Source: Pseudomonadota bacterium
GTDB lineage: Bacteria > Pseudomonadota > Gammaproteobacteria > Burkholderiales > Burkholderiaceae_C
Assembly: GCA_021815805.1 (NCBI GenBank)
Contig: JAKAZQ010000003.1
Span: forward strand, 93,703 to 157,702
DNA: 64,000 nucleotides
Direction of reading: 5' to 3'
Below the pieces are notes generated by a model, which was not told the DNA's origin, ran no database searches, and saw nothing but the letters and a program-made list of their open reading frames with translations. Of the stretch, positions 59,198-64,000 are shown one piece after another (position 1 is the first letter of the stretch; each line of letters opens with the position of its first letter). A program made the translations under genes and the position numbers.

Positions 59198-60169
59198 TCA
59201 GGCGCGGGCGCGGCGCGCGCCGGCGCGCCCGCGGGCCGCCGGCAATGCCGCCACGCCGGCAGGCAGCGGGGTGGCGCGCGGCATCCCCCGCACCACCTCG
59301 GCGGCCGCCGCGCGCAGCAGTTCCACGCCGACAGGCAGGGGATTGCGCGCCAGCGTGATCAGCCCGGTCTCCCAGGCCACCTCGGGCTGCACCAGGCGCA
59401 CCACCCTGACGTCGCCCGGCGTGCCGACGACGTCGAGCACGCTCAGCGGCAGGATCGAGCACCACGCGCCGCTGGCGACATGCGACAGCAGGCTGACGAT
59501 GGAGTTGGTCTCCAGGCCGGGTTGCGCGCACACGCCGAGGCTGTCGAACACCCGATCGATGGTCTTGCGGCTGTGCATGTCGGCGGTGAGCAGGCACAGC
59601 GGCTGCTGCGCCGCCTGTGCCCAGGTCGCGCAGTCGAGCTGCGCCGCCGTGGTGTCGCCGCCGGCGACCAGCACATGGTGCTCGTGCCAGATGGGCAGGT
59701 AGTGCACGCCGTCGAGCCGGCTCGACTCCGTGTACACGATGCCGCCGTCGAGTTCGAAGCCCTGGACCCCGCGCACGATGGCGTCGGTGGTCATGGACAG
59801 GATCTCCAGGGTCAGCGTGCGGTTGCGCAGACGCAAGGCCGCCGACAGTTCCGCCACCACCGGCAGCGCGGTGGGAATGACCCCGATGCGCAGGCGACCG
59901 TCGAGTCCACCGGTCATCTTGCTCAGGTGCATGCGGAAATCGGCTTCGACGGCCGCCATGCGGCGTGCGTAGTCGAGCACCGTGAGGCCTTCGGTGGTCA
60001 GGCCGGCGAAGCTCTGGCCGCGCTCCACGATGGCCACGCCGAGTTCCTGCTCGAGGTCGCGGATGGCCGCCGACAGGGTCGAAGGCGAGACATGGCAGGC
60101 CGCCGCGGCGCGCCCGAAATGGCGCTCGTTGGCGAGCGCGATCAGATAGCGGTACTTGCGCGAGAGCAT
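59198..60169 (-). CDS. LysR-family regulator
   Basis: ERHFGRAAAACHVSPSTLSAAIRDLEQELG; LRIGVIPT. Confidence 0.92.
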   Translation of the reverse strand: MLSRKYRYLIALANERHFGRAAAACHVSPSTLSAAIRDLEQELGVAIVERGQSFAGLTTEGLTVLDYARRMAAVEADFRMHLSKMTGGLDGRLRIGVIPTALPVVAELSAALRLRNRTLTLEILSMTTDAIVRGVQGFELDGGIVYTESSRLDGVHYLPIWHEHHVLVAGGDTTAAQLDCATWAQAAQQPLCLLTADMHSRKTIDRVFDSLGVCAQPGLETNSIVSLLSHVASGAWCSILPLSVLDVVGTPGDVRVVRLVQPEVAWETGLITLARNPLPVGVELLRAAAAEVVRGMPRATPLPAGVAALPAARGRAGARRARA

Positions 60170-60206
60170 GTACGGGCGCGGCGCGCTTGCGCCGCTTCCG
60201 GCACGA

Positions 60207-60674
60207 TCAAAGGCCGAGCTCGCTCAGCCCCGGGTGGTCGTCCGGACGTCGGCCGAGGGGCCAGAAGAACTTGCGCTCCGATTCGGCGATCGGCTGATCG
60301 TTGATGCTGGCGTGTCGCGCCTGCATCAGCCCCTGCGCGGTGAACTCCCAGTTTTCGTTGCCATGGCTGCGGAACCATTGTCCGGAGTCGTCGTGCCACT
60401 CGTACACGAAGCGCACGGCGATGCGCGACCCGGCGCAGGCCCACAGTTCCTTGATCAGGCGGTAATCGAGTTCACGCGCCCACTTGCGGCGCAGGAACTC
60501 GGCCACCTGCTGGCGCCCGACCGGAAATTCGGCGCGATTGCGCCAGCGCGTGTCCGGGGTGTAGACCAGCACCACGCGCTCGGGATCGCGCGAATTCCAG
60601 GCATCCTCGGCCATGCGCACCTTCTGCGTGGCGCTCTCCACGGTGAACGGCGGCAGCGGCGGGCGGGTTTCCAT
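60207..60674 (-). CDS. NTF2-like DUF1348 protein
   Basis: [26 protein letters not shown]...WRNRAEF...[11 protein letters not shown]...GNENWEF. Confidence 0.88.
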   Translation of the reverse strand: METRPPLPPFTVESATQKVRMAEDAWNSRDPERVVLVYTPDTRWRNRAEFPVGRQQVAEFLRRKWARELDYRLIKELWACAGSRIAVRFVYEWHDDSGQWFRSHGNENWEFTAQGLMQARHASINDQPIAESERKFFWPLGRRPDDHPGLSELGL

Positions 60675-60776
60675 GTCCTGACTCCTCGTTGCGTCGCGGC
60701 CTGCGGTGGGCGCGGCGTCCTTGTGCGTTGTTATGCAGCCATGTTGCCACAGAAATACCATGACCGCGTCGCCGGT

Positions 60777-61892
60777 TCATCCGGAGCGTGAGGCGCGGCG
60801 CCGCGCTCGCCCCGGGGACTCGAGCAGCGTGGGGAATACCTCGCCCAGGCGGAACACGCTGCCCGAGTGGTCGGCCTGGTAGCCGGGCAGTTGATCCACC
60901 GACTGGCGGAATTCCGCGCTGCGCAGCGTGCGCAGCATCTGCTGGATGGCCGGATCGGCGAGGTGCTGTTCATGGCACAGGAGGAAATACCGTTCGACCA
61001 GCAGCGGCACGAAGTCGAGGTTGAAGCGTCGCGCCGGGGTTTCGACGCCGATGCCCACGTCCGCCATGTCGCTGGCCACGTAGGCCGCCACCGCGGCGTG
61101 CGTGAGCTCGCATTGCTCGTAGCCGTGCACGCGTGCCGGCTCGATGCCCGCGCGACGCAACAACAGGTCGAGCAGGAAGCGCGTGCCCGAGCCCGGCTGG
61201 CGGTTGATGAAGCGCAGGTCGTCGCGCGCCAGGTCGTCGATGCCGAAAATCTTCTTCGGGTCGCCGCGCGCGATGATCAGCCCGACGCGCCGCGTGGCCA
61301 GGCCGATCAGGCGCTGCGACTCCGGCTGCAGCCAGGCGCGGTAATGTTCCAGCGCATGCTGCTCGAAGTCTCCCCCCGGGATGTGAAAGCCGGCGAGTTC
61401 GCAATTGCCCAGCGCCAGCGAGGCCACGGCGTCGGTGGTGCTGCAGTAGCGCAGTTCGTTGAGCACGCCTTCGCGGGTCAGGAAGTGATGCAGCGACTCC
61501 ACCGCGAAGCCGTGGCTGGCGCGAATGCGCAGCATCGGGTCGTGGTCGCGCTGCACGCGGGAAATCTCCGCCTCGAGCTCCGAGGCCAGCGAATCCAGCG
61601 TCGGCGACAGGCGCGCGGCGATGCGCCGGTCGGCCCACACGAGCTTTTCCGACAACGGGCTGAGGCGCGAACCCTTGCCGCGCTCCATGATCAGCAACGG
61701 CATGCCCAGGCGCGCCTCGCCCTCGCGGATCAGCGCCCAGCCGTGGCGATACGACATGCCCACGCCGGCGCAGGCGCGCAACAGGCTGCCGTGCTCGGCC
61801 ACCGCCAGCAGCAGTTCGATGGTGCGCTCGGAAAGCGCTTCCCCGGCATTCAGGCGCAGCGACCAGCGGGGTTGGATCGAGACCTCGAACAT
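60777..61892 (-). CDS. fdsR: ModE-type HTH plus PBP-like regulator of formate dehydrogenase
   Basis: HGSLLRACAGVGMSYRHGW HTH; RFINRQPGSGTR, ELTHAAVAAYV; divergent from fdsG. Confidence 0.8.
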   Translation of the reverse strand: MFEVSIQPRWSLRLNAGEALSERTIELLLAVAEHGSLLRACAGVGMSYRHGWALIREGEARLGMPLLIMERGKGSRLSPLSEKLVWADRRIAARLSPTLDSLASELEAEISRVQRDHDPMLRIRASHGFAVESLHHFLTREGVLNELRYCSTTDAVASLALGNCELAGFHIPGGDFEQHALEHYRAWLQPESQRLIGLATRRVGLIIARGDPKKIFGIDDLARDDLRFINRQPGSGTRFLLDLLLRRAGIEPARVHGYEQCELTHAAVAAYVASDMADVGIGVETPARRFNLDFVPLLVERYFLLCHEQHLADPAIQQMLRTLRSAEFRQSVDQLPGYQADHSGSVFRLGEVFPTLLESPGRARRRASRSG

Positions 61893-61903
61893 CGGGTTTG
61901 ACC

Positions 61904-61946
61904 TTATGACATGCAGATCTTATGGAATACGCCCCTCGGAGCATAT
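61904..61946. promoter_or_regulatory. two tandem FdsR-type dyad sites
   Basis: ATACG-N10-CATAT at 61927-61946 and TTATG-N10-CTTAT at 61904-61923; compared with ATANG-N10-CNTAT, which I recall for Cupriavidus FdsR. Confidence 0.6.
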
Positions 61947-62064
61947 TGCGTGATGCATGGCTGGATCCTAAAGTGAAAGAACAACACACGCAGTCCGGCC
62001 GCGGGGCGCAGCGCACCTGTATGGACCGGAACCACTGTTCCCGCAGTTCCTGCACGGAGACACC

Positions 62065-62577
62065 ATGCGCGAAACCTCACCAAGCGCGGAAGAATCGAGC
62101 GCGCGCGACGTGGCCGACCAGGCCTTGTCGCGCTGGGCCCACGAGCCGGGGCCGCTGCTGCCCATCCTGCACCAGATCCAGGAGACCCTCGGTTACATTC
62201 CCGGCGAGGTCGTGCCGCAGATCGCCAAGGGTCTCAACCTGTCGCGCGCCGAAGTGCATGGCGTGATCACCTACTACCACCACTTCCGCAGCGAAGCCCC
62301 GGCGGGGCATGTGCTGCAGGTCTGCCGCGCCGAGTCCTGCCAGGCGATGGGCGCCGACGCGCTGTATCGCCAGGCCGTGCAGCGCACGGGCTGCCAAGCC
62401 CATGGCAGCGCTGCGCATGCCTGTCGCAGCGCCGACGGCAGCCTGCAGGTCGAGGCGGTGTATTGCCTCGGCCTGTGCGCGGCGTCGCCCGCGGTGATGC
62501 TCGACGGCAAGCTGCACGCGCGCATGACCCCGGCGCGCCTGGATGCCCTGGTGGACGGCCTGGAGGACAAGTCATGA
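62065..62577 (+). CDS. fdsG: NAD-dependent formate dehydrogenase gamma subunit
   Basis: LLPILHQIQETLGYIP, SRAEVHGVITYYHHFR, CRAESCQ, VYCLGLCAASP. Confidence 0.93.
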   Translation: MRETSPSAEESSARDVADQALSRWAHEPGPLLPILHQIQETLGYIPGEVVPQIAKGLNLSRAEVHGVITYYHHFRSEAPAGHVLQVCRAESCQAMGADALYRQAVQRTGCQAHGSAAHACRSADGSLQVEAVYCLGLCAASPAVMLDGKLHARMTPARLDALVDGLEDKS

Positions 62578-64000
62578 GTGCAGTCACCGTCTACGTTCCT
62601 CGAGACTCGGCGGCGCGCGCCTGCGGCGCCGACGAGGTGGCGCAGGCCTTGCGCGACGAGTGCGCGCGCCGCGGCCTGGCCCTGAACCTGCTGCGCAACG
62701 GCTCGCGCGGTCTGTTCTGGCTCGAGCCGATGGTCGAGGTGCTGACGCCGGCCGGGCGCGTCGCCTACGGGCCGGTGCAGGCGGCCGATGTCGCCGGCCT
62801 GCTCGACGCCGGCATGCTGCAGGGCGGCGCGCACGCGCTGTGCCACGGCCCGACCGACAAGATCGAGTACCTGGCGCGCCAGCAACGGCTGTGCTTCGCG
62901 CGCATGGGCATCACCGATCCGCTTTCGCTGGCCGACTACGAAGCGCACGAAGGCTGGGCCGGCCTGCGCGCGGCGCTGAAGCTGCAACCGCAGCAGATCG
63001 TCGAGCAGGTCATGGAATCGGGTCTGCGCGGGCGCGGCGGCGCGGCGTTCCCGACCGCCATCAAGTGGCGCACCGTGCTGAACACGCCGGCGCCGCAGAA
63101 ATACGTGGTGTGCAACGCCGACGAGGGCGATTCCGGTACGTACTCGGATCGCATGACCATGGAGGGCGATCCCTTCATGCTCATCGAGGGCATGACCATC
63201 GCCGCGCTGGCCGCCGGCGCCACGCGCGGCTTCGTCTACATTCGTTCGGAATACCCGGATGCCATGGCCACGATGTGCGAGGCCATCGCCGCCGCGCAGG
63301 CCGCCGGCTTCCTCGGCGACGACATCCTCGGCTCGGGGCGCGCATTCCACCTGGAGGCGCGCCTGGGCGCCGGCTCCTATGTGTGCGGCGAGGAAACCGC
63401 GATGCTCGAAAGCCTCGAAGGCAAGCGCGGCATCGTGCGCGCCAAGCCGCCGCTGCCGGCGATCGAGGGACTGTTCGGCCGCCCGACGGTGATCAACAAC
63501 GTCATCAGCTTCGCCTCGGTGCCGCTGATCCTGGCGCGCGGCGCGGCGTTCTATCGCGACTACGGCATGGGCCGTTCGCGCGGCACCCTGCCGTTGCAGC
63601 TGGCCGGCAACCTCAAGCGGCCGGGCCTGGTCGAGGTGGCTTTCGGCATCACGCTGCGCGAACTGCTGTTCGACTTCGCCGGCGGCAGCGCCAGCGGGCG
63701 TCCGATCAAGGCGGTGCAGGTCGGCGGCCCGCTCGGCACCTACCTGCCCGAGTCGCAGTGGGATCTGCCGCTGGACTACGAGGCCTACGCGGCGGTCGGC
63801 GCGGTGGTCGGCCATGGCGGCATCGTGGCCCACGACGACAGCGCCGACATGGCCGGGCTGGCGCGCTATGCCATGGAGTTCTGCGCCATCGAGTCGTGCG
63901 GCAAGTGCACCCCCTGCCGCATCGGCTCGACGCGCGGCGTCGAGGTCATCGACCGCATCACCGCGGCGCGCGATGCGGCGCAGCGCACGCAGCAGGTGCA
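62574..64000 (+). CDS. fdsB: NAD-dependent formate dehydrogenase beta subunit (partial, runs off the right edge)
   Basis: VYVPRDSAA, NGSRGLFWLEP, GLRGRGGAAFP, CNADEGDSG, GAGSYVCGEETA, ESCGKCTPCRIG. Confidence 0.95.
   Translation, partial: MSAVTVYVPRDSAARACGADEVAQALRDECARRGLALNLLRNGSRGLFWLEPMVEVLTPAGRVAYGPVQAADVAGLLDAGMLQGGAHALCHGPTDKIEYLARQQRLCFARMGITDPLSLADYEAHEGWAGLRAALKLQPQQIVEQVMESGLRGRGGAAFPTAIKWRTVLNTPAPQKYVVCNADEGDSGTYSDRMTMEGDPFMLIEGMTIAALAAGATRGFVYIRSEYPDAMATMCEAIAAAQAAGFLGDDILGSGRAFHLEARLGAGSYVCGEETAMLESLEGKRGIVRAKPPLPAIEGLFGRPTVINNVISFASVPLILARGAAFYRDYGMGRSRGTLPLQLAGNLKRPGLVEVAFGITLRELLFDFAGGSASGRPIKAVQVGGPLGTYLPESQWDLPLDYEAYAAVGAVVGHGGIVAHDDSADMAGLARYAMEFCAIESCGKCTPCRIGSTRGVEVIDRITAARDAAQRTQQV

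Overview
A very GC-rich betaproteobacterial (Burkholderiales-like) chromosomal window; many long ORFs in the supplied track are antisense or out-of-frame shadows. Layout: (1) 1-17.6 kb is mostly core genes: a REC-ANTAR regulator with a PAS-HisKA_2 kinase, FUSC protein, infA paralog, amino-acid permease, hppD, efp-earP, family-5-like UDG, uvrC-pgsA, tartrate/D-malate dehydrogenase, HU, tRNA-Val, ppiD, tRNA-His. (2) 17.6-22.1 kb is a compact island at the tRNA-His 3' end, bounded by a ~51-bp direct repeat. It is packed with co-oriented toxin-antitoxin modules (3 intact pairs, 2 pairs with decayed toxins, several fragments) and ends in a probable integrase relic. (3) 22.1-31.3 kb holds an orphan ParE, an alpha-2-macroglobulin lacking the CxEQ thioester plus pbpC, and IS relics, including a copy of a ~200-bp MITE-like element also found next to infA. 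(4) 31.8-48.1 kb is a signalling cluster with several probable O2/redox inputs: a globin-containing GGDEF-EAL protein, an SBP-PAS-EAL protein, a Cys-cluster NarX/NarL-like pair, and a CheA-less cheR-cheB-cheW-Aer2-like cassette. (5) 48-57 kb holds a TetR/GST/redoxin/haloacid-dehalogenase/DsbA cluster, rsuA, a metallophosphoesterase and a chemoreceptor with a C-terminal extra domain. (6) 57-64 kb holds an OFA transporter, LysR, fdsR and the start of the fdsGB formate dehydrogenase operon. No CRISPR array or rRNA was seen. All family assignments are by motif recognition from memory; no database search was run.
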